Numbered from the stretch's first letter, positions 18,812-29,921 are shown. The stretch: DNA of 64,000 nucleotides from Candidatus Bathyarchaeota archaeon (GCA_963726255.1 CAVSBL010000002.1:160001-224000); one strand, 5' to 3'. Notes: a model not told the origin generated them from the letters alone. Program-made: numbers and translations.

Positions 18812-19720
18812 GTGTACCCAAAGCATTTGCAGTCGAAAGCCCCAGGCCTAGTCTTCAGTGCACTCTGCATAATCTGGGGCAGCACGTGGCTTGGAATAAA
18901 GATTGGTTTAGAATTCCTGCCATCATTCCTCTTTGCGGGCCTTCGCTTCGCAACAGCGACCGTTGCATTACTCGTCCTGGCGAAGATACTTCACGCTCGC
19001 ATGCCCAGAGACCATTCCTCTTGGAATGTGATGCTGTTTCTAGGGGCATTTCAGATCAGCCTACCGTACGCGTTAGTATTCTGGGGCGAAGAGTTCATCT
19101 CGTCAGGTTTATCCGCTGTCCTGTTTGCCACCCTACCTTTCTTCGTTGCTATCTTCGCCCATATCCTCACCTCGGAGAAATTGACACGAATCAAAACTGC
19201 AGGAATCATCCTATCCTTTTTCGGCCTGGTAGCAATTTTCTGGAGAGATATTGCAGCATTTCAAAACCTCGCCGGCCACTATTCTGTTTTGGGAAGCATG
19301 GCCGTAGTCGGAAGCGCAGCTTCGGGTGGACTGGCCAATGTGGTGGCTAAGCAACACGCGGAGAGAATTGACCCCGCTGCCAATGTTCTGGTTCAGCATG
19401 CAATTGGAGCCATTGCTCTACTGTCTCTCGGCCTGATGAGTGAATCAACGATTTCGCTCAATTTCACACCCGTAGCAGTCGTGGTCGTCCTTTACTTGGG
19501 CATAGTCGGCTCCGCACTCGGATTCATCGGACTATACTGGCTTCTGAAGAAAACTACCGCCACTAATGCTTCCATGATCACTTTTCTGAACCCCATAGTG
19601 GCATTGCTGTTGGGTTGGATAGTACTGCAGGAAGTTCCCGATCCGAATGTTGGCGTAGGCGCAGTACTGATCTTAGCTGGCGTTTACATGACTTTGAAAC
19701 CGACCGGGCGCCATACCTGA
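18812..19720 (+). CDS. EamA/DMT transporter
   Basis: IIWGSTW and FLNPIVALLLG motifs; about 10 TM. Confidence 0.92.
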   Translation: MYPKHLQSKAPGLVFSALCIIWGSTWLGIKIGLEFLPSFLFAGLRFATATVALLVLAKILHARMPRDHSSWNVMLFLGAFQISLPYALVFWGEEFISSGLSAVLFATLPFFVAIFAHILTSEKLTRIKTAGIILSFFGLVAIFWRDIAAFQNLAGHYSVLGSMAVVGSAASGGLANVVAKQHAERIDPAANVLVQHAIGAIALLSLGLMSESTISLNFTPVAVVVVLYLGIVGSALGFIGLYWLLKKTTATNASMITFLNPIVALLLGWIVLQEVPDPNVGVGAVLILAGVYMTLKPTGRHT

Positions 19721-19737
19721 GAAGTTGTCTTTCGTTG

Positions 19738-20151
19738 TTATCGCTGTGCTAGTTCCATCGCAAGGTCAACGTTTCGAGCTATCTCTTCCATCGGAGGCTC
19801 AATTCCTCGGTATGTCTCCACAATACCCACTTCAGTCCGGAGTAGAACCATGTAGGTTGGGTAGGCCGCGAATCTGAGGAGTCGCCTGAAATCTTGTAAT
19901 TTGTCCCTAAACTGGTTATTCTCCGAAACGTGAATCGAACCGAATTGTACTCGGTCGCCGTATTTCTCTTGGATTTGGTTTGCTAGTTTCTCAAAGAGCG
20001 GTTTTTGTATTTCACATCCTGCACATCGGTCGCGTGTTAAGGCATAAACGTAGACGGTCTTCTCGTGTTGCGCCAGCGAAGCTAAGGGCTCTGTCTCTGA
20101 CATTTTGGATTGGCGAAGATAATCCTCGTACGTCAGTCGAGTTATGGGCAT
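19738..20151 (-). CDS. Thioredoxin-fold protein
   Basis: CAGC motif and cis-Pro-like YPT. Confidence 0.7.
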   Translation of the reverse strand: MPITRLTYEDYLRQSKMSETEPLASLAQHEKTVYVYALTRDRCAGCEIQKPLFEKLANQIQEKYGDRVQFGSIHVSENNQFRDKLQDFRRLLRFAAYPTYMVLLRTEVGIVETYRGIEPPMEEIARNVDLAMELAQR

Positions 20152-20174
20152 ACGGACTTGTTTATTGAACCGCC

Positions 20175-20654
20175 CTATATACCCAAGGCTTCGCCCATGG
20201 GGATTACGGACGTAACGAACGTGAACATGTCGCCCAGGGAAACTTGGTGCGCTGCTATGAAACCAGCGTTTACCTCTAGCACGTACGTTGCCTCAACTGT
20301 TGGTGTGAAGACTGGGCAAACAGTAGGGCTGCAAGGCGGAAGGTCTTGTTCGATGAACACTGCCTGCCTACTTGAGTTGAACCATATCATATCTAACGGG
20401 AAGTTCATCTCATACATCCAGAAGCTCCAGTAATCTTCGCTTTGAAAGACGAAAAGCATCCCATGATCTGGAGCCATTGAACTACGCCCCGACAAGCCCT
20501 TCTGCTGCTCAGCGGGTGTTGTCGCTAGATCCACACTGAGTACGACCCCGTCGATCATTATGCGAACCGTGTTTCGCGGCTGGAATACAAAGTAACCGAT
20601 AGATACGGCTGCGATCACCAAGATAGCCAAAACAATGATGCCTTTTTTCTTCAA
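20175..20654 (-). CDS. DUF192 family protein
   Basis: EQQKGLS, GMLFVF, FWM..M.FPLD and YVLEVNAG motifs. Confidence 0.9.
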   Translation of the reverse strand: MKKKGIIVLAILVIAAVSIGYFVFQPRNTVRIMIDGVVLSVDLATTPAEQQKGLSGRSSMAPDHGMLFVFQSEDYWSFWMYEMNFPLDMIWFNSSRQAVFIEQDLPPCSPTVCPVFTPTVEATYVLEVNAGFIAAHQVSLGDMFTFVTSVIPMGEALGI

Positions 20655-20774
20655 TTATTGGACGCCGCGTTTCATCTGGATAATTGTCGGTGAAATGTGT
20701 TCTCCTATTGAACGCTTTGATACGAGGGTTATGCCAGGTTTGTGGGGAAATCCATGCCCCGCCGGGCGACAAAC

Positions 20775-21104
20775 CTACCCTTTCTTAGCCCCTAAGTAGA
20801 AGCCTAGGCTGAAGCTTCCACCAATCGGTAAGATTTGGCCTACAAAGGCGAGGGAGCTGACAAGGCCAGCTATAGCCCCGGCGAAGCCACTTCCGACGGC
20901 GGTGGAAAACGCGTTGAAATTGACCGATATAACGCCGATAGATGCTAACCAGGTTAGGCCAAGCATGAAGAGGCCTGAAATCAATGCCAGGATTTTGAGA
21001 ATTATCGTGGCGACTTTCTTCAGACCGTAACCTAGAAGGAATCCCAGAGTCCCCCCGAACCCGATCTGGGTCATAATTAGGGTTGCTAGCCCATTAGTGT
21101 CCAC
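20775..21104 (-). CDS. FUN14 family membrane protein
   Basis: QIGFGGTLGFLLGYGLKK and GFYLG motifs. Confidence 0.85.
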   Translation of the reverse strand: MDTNGLATLIMTQIGFGGTLGFLLGYGLKKVATIILKILALISGLFMLGLTWLASIGVISVNFNAFSTAVGSGFAGAIAGLVSSLAFVGQILPIGGSFSLGFYLGAKKG

Positions 21105-21248
21105 GGTCTAAACACGCAAATAAGGGTGGTTTGATTCTGAGGCATTAAATGTTCGACACGGGTGCCCGCATAAATCGCGGGCGAGCCGCTTGGAATTGAA
21201 CATAGTCGTCGAAAAATAGGAAGTTTCACCGAAAAGAATGAATTTGCG

Positions 21249-21884
21249 TTGATCCCTGGCGCCGCCTCTCTCGCAGTTTTCATGGTCTCCGCGCTGGCCT
21301 TGAATATCTCTCCGGGCCCAGACATGTTGTACGTGATCTCTCGCAGCCTAGAGCTGGGAAGGAGGGCGGGCGTTGTTTCCGCGTTCGGAATCGGAGTTGG
21401 GACGTTAGTGTATACATTCATTACAGCAATTGGGCTGTCTGCACTACTCGTCTCTGTGCCGATAGCGTTTGAACTGGTCAAATTCGGTGGGGCAGCCTAC
21501 CTGGTCTACTTGGGAATCCGAATGTTGGTAACGAAGGCCAACGTCAAAGCAACAACGCACACGTCTGGCCGAACGAGCAGCCTAACTCTTCGAAGTGTTT
21601 TTCGGCAGGGAGTGACGACCAACGTCCTCAACCCGAAGGTCGCGCTTTTCTTCCTAGCTTTTCTACCACAATTTGTTGACCGGTCACAAGGCGCGTTCGC
21701 CCTGCAGATGGTCTTTCTCGGCTTGTTGTTTGATACATCTGGGACGAGTGTAAATGTGATGGTGGCTACGCTCGCTGGCCATGTTAGCGAGTCTTTGAAA
21801 AAACGTTCAGGCTTCATGCGTTTTCAAAAACTGGTCCCGGCAAGCATTCTCATAGCACTTGGGCTTTTGGTGGCAGTTAGGTGA
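21249..21884 (+). CDS. LysE/RhtB family exporter
   Basis: SPGPD, KFGGAAYLVYLG and NVLNPK motifs. Confidence 0.92.
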   Translation: MIPGAASLAVFMVSALALNISPGPDMLYVISRSLELGRRAGVVSAFGIGVGTLVYTFITAIGLSALLVSVPIAFELVKFGGAAYLVYLGIRMLVTKANVKATTHTSGRTSSLTLRSVFRQGVTTNVLNPKVALFFLAFLPQFVDRSQGAFALQMVFLGLLFDTSGTSVNVMVATLAGHVSESLKKRSGFMRFQKLVPASILIALGLLVAVR

Positions 21885-21973
21885 GCAGAAGGTAGGAACA
21901 ACTGCGATACGTCGGACTCGATCTAGCTGGGTCACCGAGGCGCCCCACCGGGGGCTGCGTAATCGATGATGCA

Positions 21974-22519
21974 TTGAAGGTGAAATGCGCGGTTCTCCAT
22001 ACGGATGAGGAGATTTTTGATTTCGTTCGAAGAAGCAGAACCAAGTACGTGGCGGTCGATGCTCCGCTTGCATTGCCAAAGGGCCGCCATTGTCTCGGGG
22101 AACATTGTCGAGGCCGCGCACACTTTCGAGCGTGTGACAGGGTTCTAACGTGGATGGGAATCAAATTCTTCCCGATAACAATAGGGCCGATGAGAACCCT
22201 CACGGCTCGAGGCATCTGCCTCAAGGAAAAACTGGAGCACCTCGGACTCGAAGTGTTTGAGACTTACCCTGGCGCTGCGCAAGATTTGCTCGGCATCCCA
22301 CGGAAACAACGTGGCCTACCAGACCTTCAAGAAAACCTAGTAAGGCTCGGGTGCCAGGGAGACATCACCGCAAGGCAGTTGACAGGTGATGAACTCGATT
22401 CGATCAACTGTGCCCTCGTTGCCAAAGAGTACGCCGAAGGAAGCTACCTCGCAATCGGGGACCCTTCCGAAATCATGATGATATTGCCCAGGCTAGGGAA
22501 GGTGGGTAAAGCTCCATGA
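21974..22519 (+). CDS. DUF429 family protein (RNase H-like fold)
   Basis: VAVDAPL, RACD, ETYPG and DELDS motifs; start may lie slightly upstream. Confidence 0.8.
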   Translation: MKVKCAVLHTDEEIFDFVRRSRTKYVAVDAPLALPKGRHCLGEHCRGRAHFRACDRVLTWMGIKFFPITIGPMRTLTARGICLKEKLEHLGLEVFETYPGAAQDLLGIPRKQRGLPDLQENLVRLGCQGDITARQLTGDELDSINCALVAKEYAEGSYLAIGDPSEIMMILPRLGKVGKAP

Positions 22520-23358
22520 CATCGGCGAACGCCCCAAGTGGCGCGGAGCCAAGAAGAGTGACCCCTGATGAATTAACCGAAAGTTTTGAGCAGCTTGGTC
22601 TAGGTGAGGGTGACTCGGTAATCATGCATTCGCCTCTCGACAAGATTGGCGCAGTGGATGGTGGTGCTGCGATGGTGTTACACCGGTTGCTGGGGGTTCT
22701 CGGCAAGGGTGGTACGTTGTTGATGCCTACGTTTACCTCTGTCACGAGGCATGCCAGCGCAAGTGAGAACTTCACGAGGCCAGGTTGTTGGTGCGAAGGG
22801 CATGAAGATCGGCACTTGCCGTTTATTCCTGAGCTGCAACCGGATAGGAACATCGGGACAATCGCCCAGAGGCTATGCAGTTGGCCTTCCTCTAGGCGAA
22901 GCAACCACCCAGCTTACTCGTTCGTCGCTGTAGGTAAGCGCGGAGACGAGTTGATCCGGGATTACTCGTTAGACGACCCCCTGCTACCGATCAAAAGATT
23001 CCTGAAGCAAGATCCAAAGATACTACTTGTCGGTGTGGGTTTCGATTCGGTAATCGCGATTCATGTGGCCGAGCAACTTAGGCTGTATGTTAAGTTCGTG
23101 AGGGAACGTGCCCTCACCTTCACTTCGAAAGGACGGACTTGGGTTGACATCACCGCGCTGGGGTGCAGCAATGGCTTTGAGAAGCTCAAAGCCCACATAG
23201 GAGGCAAGGATTCTACGGAGACAATGATTGGAGCGGCAAACTCCCAGGTTTACCAAATGAAGAAGTTGATTGAGCGCGCTGACTCGCTGATAGAAAAACA
23301 ACCAAAGGCGTTGCTCTGCGACAATCCAGCTTGCTTGAGCTGTTCGTTAGTATCCTAG
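22516..23358 (+). CDS. Aminoglycoside 3-N-acetyltransferase (AAC(3)/YokD) family protein
   Basis: LGLGEGD.VIMHS, GTLLMPTF, RSNHP..SF.A.G and HVAE motifs. Confidence 0.8.
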   Translation: MTSANAPSGAEPRRVTPDELTESFEQLGLGEGDSVIMHSPLDKIGAVDGGAAMVLHRLLGVLGKGGTLLMPTFTSVTRHASASENFTRPGCWCEGHEDRHLPFIPELQPDRNIGTIAQRLCSWPSSRRSNHPAYSFVAVGKRGDELIRDYSLDDPLLPIKRFLKQDPKILLVGVGFDSVIAIHVAEQLRLYVKFVRERALTFTSKGRTWVDITALGCSNGFEKLKAHIGGKDSTETMIGAANSQVYQMKKLIERADSLIEKQPKALLCDNPACLSCSLVS

Positions 23359-23390
23359 TAACATGACACAAATAGGCGGAGAATATCGGA

Positions 23391-24506
23391 TTACCGCCAC
23401 CACCCAAATTCCTTTGGAAGCAACTTCGTCAGCACCCTCCCTCCTCGTTTCGTAACGAGGATATCGTCTTCGATTCGTATTCCCGTTTTACCTTGCATGT
23501 AGACCCCGGGCTCGATCGTGAAGACCATTGAGGCGTCAACCGTCTCGTTGCCGCCAGGGACAACGTATGGTGCTTCGTGGACCTCGAGCCCTAACCCGTG
23601 CCCTATCCGGTGAACAAAATACTTGTCGAGCCCATTCCGCTGGAGGCGACTTCTGGCTGCGTAGTCGATGGAGCCCACGGTTGCGCTTGGCTGTGAGGCA
23701 TTGATTGCTGCGACCTGCGCGTCGAGTACGTTTTGATAGAGGTTTTCGAATGTTGGGTCCTTGCCGATGATGAACGTACGGGTTATATCAGCAAAATAAC
23801 CCGAAAATGTGCATGAAGCATCGACCACGACGGCCTCATTTCGCTTTATTCTCCTGGCGCCTGCCTGATGATGCCCGTCCGCCGCCATCGCTCCGGATTG
23901 GACGAGCACATCCTGCGCGGATTCAGCACCGTTGAGCGAAATACGTTCCGTGATCTTCCGGGCTAGCTCAAGCTCACTCATGCCGGTTTTCAGGAGGTTT
24001 GGAATCTTCATGAATGACTTGGAGAGAATCGACGCTGCCCGTTGTAACAGCTCAATTTCGCCAGCCTCCTTTATCGCTCTAATCCCTTGAAGTAGGGGCT
24101 CGGCGTTTTCGAGCTGAGGTTGTGAGTACTTGAGTAGTGCGTCGATGTACTGGTACGGTACCCTACCTTCCAGCCCCCATTTGCCACGAATTCCGAGTTG
24201 CTGAACGGTTTCTTCAATTGCCTTACCAGGCCCCAATTCATCGTCCCAGGAATGCACGACTATGTTGATGGGACTTCTCAAGTACGGGCCTGATTCAAGT
24301 GTCGGCGCGACGAGGTGTGGAGGGCCCTCTTTACACACAAAGAACAGGAACGGCCTTTCAAAAAGAAATGAATTGACGTCAGTATAGTACCGTAAGTTTG
24401 GGCCGGGGACGAGAACGATTCCTTCAAGTCCACTGTCCGTGGCTAATTTTCTTAGTTTTTCAAGACGAAGCATGTACACTTCGGCCTGAGGTTGTTTCGG
24501 TGTCAC
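23391..24506 (-). CDS. Xaa-Pro peptidase (M24B)
   Basis: DITRT, HRIGHGLGLEVHE, TIEPG and RIEDD motifs. Confidence 0.93.
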   Translation of the reverse strand: MTPKQPQAEVYMLRLEKLRKLATDSGLEGIVLVPGPNLRYYTDVNSFLFERPFLFFVCKEGPPHLVAPTLESGPYLRSPINIVVHSWDDELGPGKAIEETVQQLGIRGKWGLEGRVPYQYIDALLKYSQPQLENAEPLLQGIRAIKEAGEIELLQRAASILSKSFMKIPNLLKTGMSELELARKITERISLNGAESAQDVLVQSGAMAADGHHQAGARRIKRNEAVVVDASCTFSGYFADITRTFIIGKDPTFENLYQNVLDAQVAAINASQPSATVGSIDYAARSRLQRNGLDKYFVHRIGHGLGLEVHEAPYVVPGGNETVDASMVFTIEPGVYMQGKTGIRIEDDILVTKRGGRVLTKLLPKEFGWWR

Positions 24507-24690
24507 CTTTTGATACCCTCATGCATTGCGCTTGGTCTAGGCATCAGGCCTGAATGGGCGATGTTGTGAAATATGCCTTTCAAATTCGGATTCCATCCTG
24601 GAACGACGTTCCTTCCACATACTGCTTGCTGAACTGGGCCAGAACGTCAACATTGTATAAGACTTCCTGAACACGATTTAGTGACATCGG

Positions 24691-26088
24691 ATGAAAAGAA
24701 GGGCTATGAGCAGTTTCGCCAGGGCAGCTATCGTCTTACTTTTGGCCACGCTCTCTTCGCTTCAACCGGCGATTTCATCCGGAAAAATCTCATTCACAAC
24801 CGTTGCTCATGAAACGGTTTCCGTCTGGAGTAAGATAACGATTGGGATGGCGGACGCTTATTCCACAGTTGCTGAGCGTCCAATCGAAGACTGTTTGAGG
24901 CCCAACCGTGTTGATTGCTTTTCCATTCAACAGAACTTTTGGATCACCGATTCGCTGGGGAACTTCGTGTTATGGGCTCAGAATACCGTTGAATTAGCTA
25001 AACTTGCGAGTCCGATCTACTACGGAACCTACACATTCCAAGTTTGGAACAGCGCTACGGTACCCCAACCTGTCTTATGTGAACCTGAATCGAGCCGCAC
25101 TACATCATGCCGTGCCCCCTTCTACACCGACCCCGTCCCATTCCCTCAATCATTCATCTTCTACTCACACATATCGAACGAAGGCCCGGGGTACGTGCTT
25201 CAAATGTCCAACAATCTGGGAGCGATTACATGGGCAATTCCGAGTTCGGTCAAGTGCCCATGCTACATCGAGACGGTCCTCGACAAATCGCTACCATGGG
25301 GCCAGACTCCATTTGAATTGGTCGCGGTTGGATTGGACAGTTCTGCAATGGCATTTTTCAGAAATGATACCATCGGCACCTTCGGGCCCATCCTTGTCGA
25401 ATCCGCTGACGGATCCTGGCATAGAGCTTCGGTGGAGGCAATTCACTGCCTCAATTCAGGCGGTTGCCTAGGGATGTTGGCTACCGCGGAAACTTCGATG
25501 AACCTCGTATGGAATAGTACTAGCGGGGAATTTTACTGGTCTGCAGTCGGATCTGATCAAGGAGCCTACGTATCAACAGTATCAGACGCATCAGTCGACC
25601 CGCCAGCGAAGCCCACTCCAAGCACCGAAACCTTCCTGTACGCCGAGTTCCGGTCTACGTATGCATACCTTACAATTTATGACGCCGCGGAAAGGGCCCT
25701 CGGAGTTGACCCTCAATCAGGCAAACGCGTCGAAGAAATCCCGAATGCGTCAATTACTCACAATTCTTCGGAAGACTTGCTAATCGTGAACCCAACCGGC
25801 GAATACGTTCTCGTATTGACGGCGGGAGGAAACACGGCGTTCCAATTATTCGTGAGCAAGGCAACTAACATCGGAGATGTCTCGGTGGGGCGACATTATA
25901 ACGGCACACTGAACGTGGGCTATTCCACGAGTCTGCATATCAACGTCAACGACATGATCCTCATCCCACAAGTAACAAACCTGAGTACGCAATTAGCCCC
26001 GATTGCTGGAATTATCCTGACGCTCCTCGTGCTTATTGGGGTAATCGCCGCCGTCCTAATCCTTCGCCGAAAACGATCTGATGCGTAG
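24691..26088 (+). CDS. Secreted, C-terminally anchored thermopsin-like protein
   Basis: Signal peptide; FSIQQN, WAQN, FELV and TAET segments resemble peptidase A5; C-terminal TM followed by RRKR. Confidence 0.5.
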   Translation: MKRRAMSSFARAAIVLLLATLSSLQPAISSGKISFTTVAHETVSVWSKITIGMADAYSTVAERPIEDCLRPNRVDCFSIQQNFWITDSLGNFVLWAQNTVELAKLASPIYYGTYTFQVWNSATVPQPVLCEPESSRTTSCRAPFYTDPVPFPQSFIFYSHISNEGPGYVLQMSNNLGAITWAIPSSVKCPCYIETVLDKSLPWGQTPFELVAVGLDSSAMAFFRNDTIGTFGPILVESADGSWHRASVEAIHCLNSGGCLGMLATAETSMNLVWNSTSGEFYWSAVGSDQGAYVSTVSDASVDPPAKPTPSTETFLYAEFRSTYAYLTIYDAAERALGVDPQSGKRVEEIPNASITHNSSEDLLIVNPTGEYVLVLTAGGNTAFQLFVSKATNIGDVSVGRHYNGTLNVGYSTSLHINVNDMILIPQVTNLSTQLAPIAGIILTLLVLIGVIAAVLILRRKRSDA

Positions 26089-26187
26089 TTAGCATTTCGT
26101 GCAACTTTACCCGGGGCTCTCGGGATTCCACGTAAGGAAGCAAGGCCAAATAGCAGATGACGATTACCCAGAGCTTGAGGCTACAAC

Positions 26188-26391
26188 ATGAATCGAAGGT
26201 TAATTGGTTCTACAATCCTTGCCGCAGTCATGCTTCTGTTGGGACTCGTTTGGTTTCTGCAGGGAATTGGTATCTTGCCTGGAAGTGTAATGAGCGGTTC
26301 GCAGTTCTGGGAGTTCGCCGGGGCCGTGACATTCGCGGTCGGCATCGTAATCCTGGCGTTTGTGGCGAAGAGTCTTGCGCGGAAAGGGTGA
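26188..26391 (+). CDS. Small 2-TM membrane protein
   Basis: GLVWFLQGIGILPGSVMSG pattern seen in a conserved small membrane protein family. Confidence 0.75.
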   Translation: MNRRLIGSTILAAVMLLLGLVWFLQGIGILPGSVMSGSQFWEFAGAVTFAVGIVILAFVAKSLARKG

Positions 26392-26842
26392 ACAGCAATC
26401 GATGGCGACAGAACGTTTCGAAGTGGGCCATCATCTCTGTTAGCTTCGGATTTCGGGGAACTGTAAAGTTAGACGCCGCAGAGATCGCTTAGGATTTCAA
26501 TTACTCAGACAGATATAACAGGCAGAATGCGCACGGGAGGGGTGTAGACAGCCGTCCGAACTATCTTGGTCGAGCAACTGCTATGAATTTCGCAGAATTC
26601 TTCGCGAGAGTACTATGACTCTACGCGAATCCTATAGAACCTCAACCCTTCCAGGCGATGTGCCCGAGTTGTTTGGGTGTGAGGGGTCAAACCAGAGTCG
26701 CGCACTTCCTCGCCCGTAGCTTCTCGACTTGAAGTTTGCAAAATCCGCTCGTCTTCAATATCGGCGTCGCTACCCGTTGTTAGAAAAGATACAATTGAGC
26801 TAAGTTGAGATTCGTGCCCCACGAGCTTCAGATTGCGTGAGG

Positions 26843-27697
26843 TCATTCTGTTCCTGTGACCTTCAAGCGTGATGCGAGTCTAACCACTATACTGAGACTG
26901 AGCACGATAACGAGCAGTATCAAGGCAGCTCCCCATGCGAGGGCATGGGCGTTCTCGTATGGGGATGTTCCGAAGTCGAAGATGAGCAATGTTAGTGAAG
27001 TTGCGGGATCGTTTATGCTCGTCATCATGAACTGATTTCCTAGCGCGGTGAATAGTAGTGGTGCAGTTTCGCCCATGACACGAGCAACGGCTAGTGCGAT
27101 GCCGGTAATAACGCCGCTCCTCGCCGAACTAAGGAGAATGTACACTAATGTCTTGGCCCGGGAGATTCCTAGTGCCAATCCACCTTCCCTTATGGAGGAT
27201 GAGACGAGCTTAAGCGACTCATGTGTAGATATTGCAACGATCGGAATCATCATCACACCGAGTGCGACGCCACCGCTGAAGGCTGAAAACCGATGTTCGG
27301 TAGCTACTATCAACTCGTAGATGAAAATTCCAGTCACAATAGATGGTACGCCGGTCAGAACCTCTGCGAGAAGCCTCACGTAGTACCCAAACTTACCTGG
27401 ATATTCAGCTAGGTATGCTCCAGCAAAAACGCCGACTGGAATACCGATAAGAGAAGCTAGGCCCACCATTACTAGGCTGCCTTCAATCGCGTTCAATATT
27501 CCTCCTCCGCTACCTCCTATCGGGGGGCTAACTTGGGTGAAGAATGCTAGACTTACGGCTGCGCCTCCGAGGGCGATCGTTTCGTAGAGAATTGAAATCA
27601 GCGGTACTAAGGCTGCGAAGAAGCAGGCTGTCGCGAGAATGATGTATATTGCGTTGCTGAGCTTCCTTCTTCTACTGAAACTAAGCAGGGACGTCAC
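26843..27697 (-). CDS. pstA: Phosphate ABC transporter permease PstA
   Basis: GAYLAEY, GVPSIVTG and ARVMGETAPLLFT motifs. Confidence 0.95.
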   Translation of the reverse strand: MTSLLSFSRRRKLSNAIYIILATACFFAALVPLISILYETIALGGAAVSLAFFTQVSPPIGGSGGGILNAIEGSLVMVGLASLIGIPVGVFAGAYLAEYPGKFGYYVRLLAEVLTGVPSIVTGIFIYELIVATEHRFSAFSGGVALGVMMIPIVAISTHESLKLVSSSIREGGLALGISRAKTLVYILLSSARSGVITGIALAVARVMGETAPLLFTALGNQFMMTSINDPATSLTLLIFDFGTSPYENAHALAWGAALILLVIVLSLSIVVRLASRLKVTGTE

Positions 27698-28655
27698 CTC
27701 GAACTTTGAAGCTCAGTCTGTTGATGACCACTCTTCCTACAAGGTTCATGATCAGTGCAACTGCAAATAATATTAATCCCAGCTCGAAGAGTGCGGAAAG
27801 GTACACGCCGTTTCCAGCGACCTCTGTGAATTCGTTGGCAATTACGCTGGGTATGGTCTCCGCAGGCAAGAAGAGGGAAGGTGAAATTCTAGCAACGTTT
27901 CCAATTACCATTGCCACAGCCATGGTTTCACCGATGGCACGTCCCATGGCGAGCACAACCGCTGCGATTATCCCAGTTCGCGCGAAAGGCAGAACTGCAG
28001 TACGAATCATTTCCCAATTCGTCGCACCAAGAGCAATGCTTGCCTCCCGTTGACTTCGGGGCACGGCGACGATTACTTCGCGCATGACAGATGACCCATA
28101 AGGAATTATCATTATTGCCAATATTACGCCCGCAGTCAACATACCCAAACCAGTCGTAGGCCCTGTGAAAAGCGGCAGGAATCCTAGGCTTGAACTCAGC
28201 TGTGGATTAACGTAATCACGCATGAAAGGAACTAACACTAGTAAGCCCCAGAGACCGTACACAACGCTCGGGACTGACGCAAGAATCTCTATCATGAATA
28301 GTGAGGGGATTCTGAACTTGACAGGTGCGAGATCACTCTGGAAAAGAGCGACACCCAGACTAACAGGAACTGCAAGAACCAGAGCAAGCGCGGTTGTGAC
28401 CATGGAGCCATAGATCGACGGTAGCGCGCCGAGTATGGGCGGGCCTCCGTTAGGAGGGTTTGGGATCCAATCTGAGCTGAAAAGAAAACCGATGCCAAAG
28501 GCTGAAATAGAGTCTAAACTGCCGTTGCCAATTTCGTATAGCGTGAGAGCTGTTATTGCAGGTATTATTGCTGCAGCTACCACAAGTAAACGAAAAAAGA
28601 AATTTGAAGACCGCGCCCGCTGTGGGGCACGGCTTCTTGGTTTTGGGTTTTTCAT
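27681..28655 (-). CDS. pstC: Phosphate ABC transporter permease PstC
   Basis: VPSVVYGLWG and GRAIGETMAV motifs. Confidence 0.95.
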   Translation of the reverse strand: MKNPKPRSRAPQRARSSNFFFRLLVVAAAIIPAITALTLYEIGNGSLDSISAFGIGFLFSSDWIPNPPNGGPPILGALPSIYGSMVTTALALVLAVPVSLGVALFQSDLAPVKFRIPSLFMIEILASVPSVVYGLWGLLVLVPFMRDYVNPQLSSSLGFLPLFTGPTTGLGMLTAGVILAIMIIPYGSSVMREVIVAVPRSQREASIALGATNWEMIRTAVLPFARTGIIAAVVLAMGRAIGETMAVAMVIGNVARISPSLFLPAETIPSVIANEFTEVAGNGVYLSALFELGLILFAVALIMNLVGRVVINRLSFKVRGDVPA

Positions 28656-28662
28656 TTTAGGT

Positions 28663-29853
28663 TTACTGGCTAAGTAGTGGTTGGCCCTGGTAATTCAGGC
28701 TCTTTAGCAGTTGTTCATCTGCGGCCACAACGTTTTGTGGAAGTGGCACGTAGATTAGGGCTGAGGAGTATTGTTGTCCATCGTGTATAGCCCACCAAAG
28801 GAAGTTGGCTAGAGCCTTGGCCTTGTCCAGAGTCATACTTGGTTGTGCTGACATGTCCTTGTAGATGAGGATGTACGTGTAGGTTGCAATAGGATATGAC
28901 TGGTCGCCAGACGCGTTGACTATGTGGAGTCGCAAATCATTAGGGTTCGGCGTCCCGGTTCCACTTGCAGCAGCAGCAAGAATCGACTGTATGGTAGGAG
29001 TCACGAAGTTTCCCGCGGCGTTCTGCACTGCGCCTACTCCCAGGTTGTTTTGAACTGCGTAGATGACGTCAACGTATCCGATTGACCCGGGCGTATTTAC
29101 CACAGCACCTGCAACCCCAGCGTTACCTTTGCCACCGACTCCGGTTGCTTGCTTATCAACCGGCCATGTTACCGAGGTGCTGTATCCCACCTCAGTTGCC
29201 CATGCGCTATCGACGACTGATAGATAATTTGTGAAGGCATAGGTCGTGCCGCTTCCGTCTGACCTATGGACGACAGTAATTTGGTTAGTCGGAAGTGCGA
29301 CACCTGGGTTGAGCGCTTGGATTTGAGGGTCGTTCCACTTGGTGATGTTGCCGGCAAAGATCGATGCTAAGAGAGGACCTGTGAAGTGGAGAACAGTAGA
29401 GTTTGGAACTCCGAACTTAACAAGGTTGTAGGTTACTGCAACCCCACCCAGAGTTTCTGGGAAGAGCACCAAGCCAGGAGCTGCCGTGAGTTGTTGGTCG
29501 TTCAGTGGTGCATCCGACGCGCCGAAGTCGACCGTCTTCTGAGTGATTTGCTGAATGCCACCACCGCTACCGATTGGGTTGTAACTTATCGTGATGCCTG
29601 GATTTAGTTGGCCATATCGCACAGTCCACTTCTGGATGAGTGGAGCCGGAAAGGTAGCCCCAGCGCCGAGCAGTGAGGCAGGAGCCATACTGCTCTCGCT
29701 CATCATGCTACTGGTTTCACTCGCCATGCTGGTTGTATTGCCCGTAAGTGTTGTTTGGTAGTAGAGTCCGCCTGCAATTATCACTATTATGATTATAGCA
29801 ATAATCACATATCGAACATTTCGTTTGCTTGTTTGGTTTGACATATTCATCAT
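28663..29853 (-). CDS. pstS: Phosphate-binding protein PstS
   Basis: GAGATFP, GSGGG, DFGASD and RSDGSGTT motifs; N-terminal anchor; start at ATG 29853, 29850 or 29844. Confidence 0.95.
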   Translation of the reverse strand: MMNMSNQTSKRNVRYVIIAIIIIVIIAGGLYYQTTLTGNTTSMASETSSMMSESSMAPASLLGAGATFPAPLIQKWTVRYGQLNPGITISYNPIGSGGGIQQITQKTVDFGASDAPLNDQQLTAAPGLVLFPETLGGVAVTYNLVKFGVPNSTVLHFTGPLLASIFAGNITKWNDPQIQALNPGVALPTNQITVVHRSDGSGTTYAFTNYLSVVDSAWATEVGYSTSVTWPVDKQATGVGGKGNAGVAGAVVNTPGSIGYVDVIYAVQNNLGVGAVQNAAGNFVTPTIQSILAAAASGTGTPNPNDLRLHIVNASGDQSYPIATYTYILIYKDMSAQPSMTLDKAKALANFLWWAIHDGQQYSSALIYVPLPQNVVAADEQLLKSLNYQGQPLLSQ

Positions 29854-29921
29854 CGTGGCTGCATGTGCCTCCATCATCGTATTTAGTGGAATACCATGAT
29901 GATTACGCAGACACATGCATC

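Noticed and set aside
26613-26846. 77-aa ORF overlapping the pstA stop
   Set aside because: ATGA overlap noted, but no recognisable motif; insufficient support.
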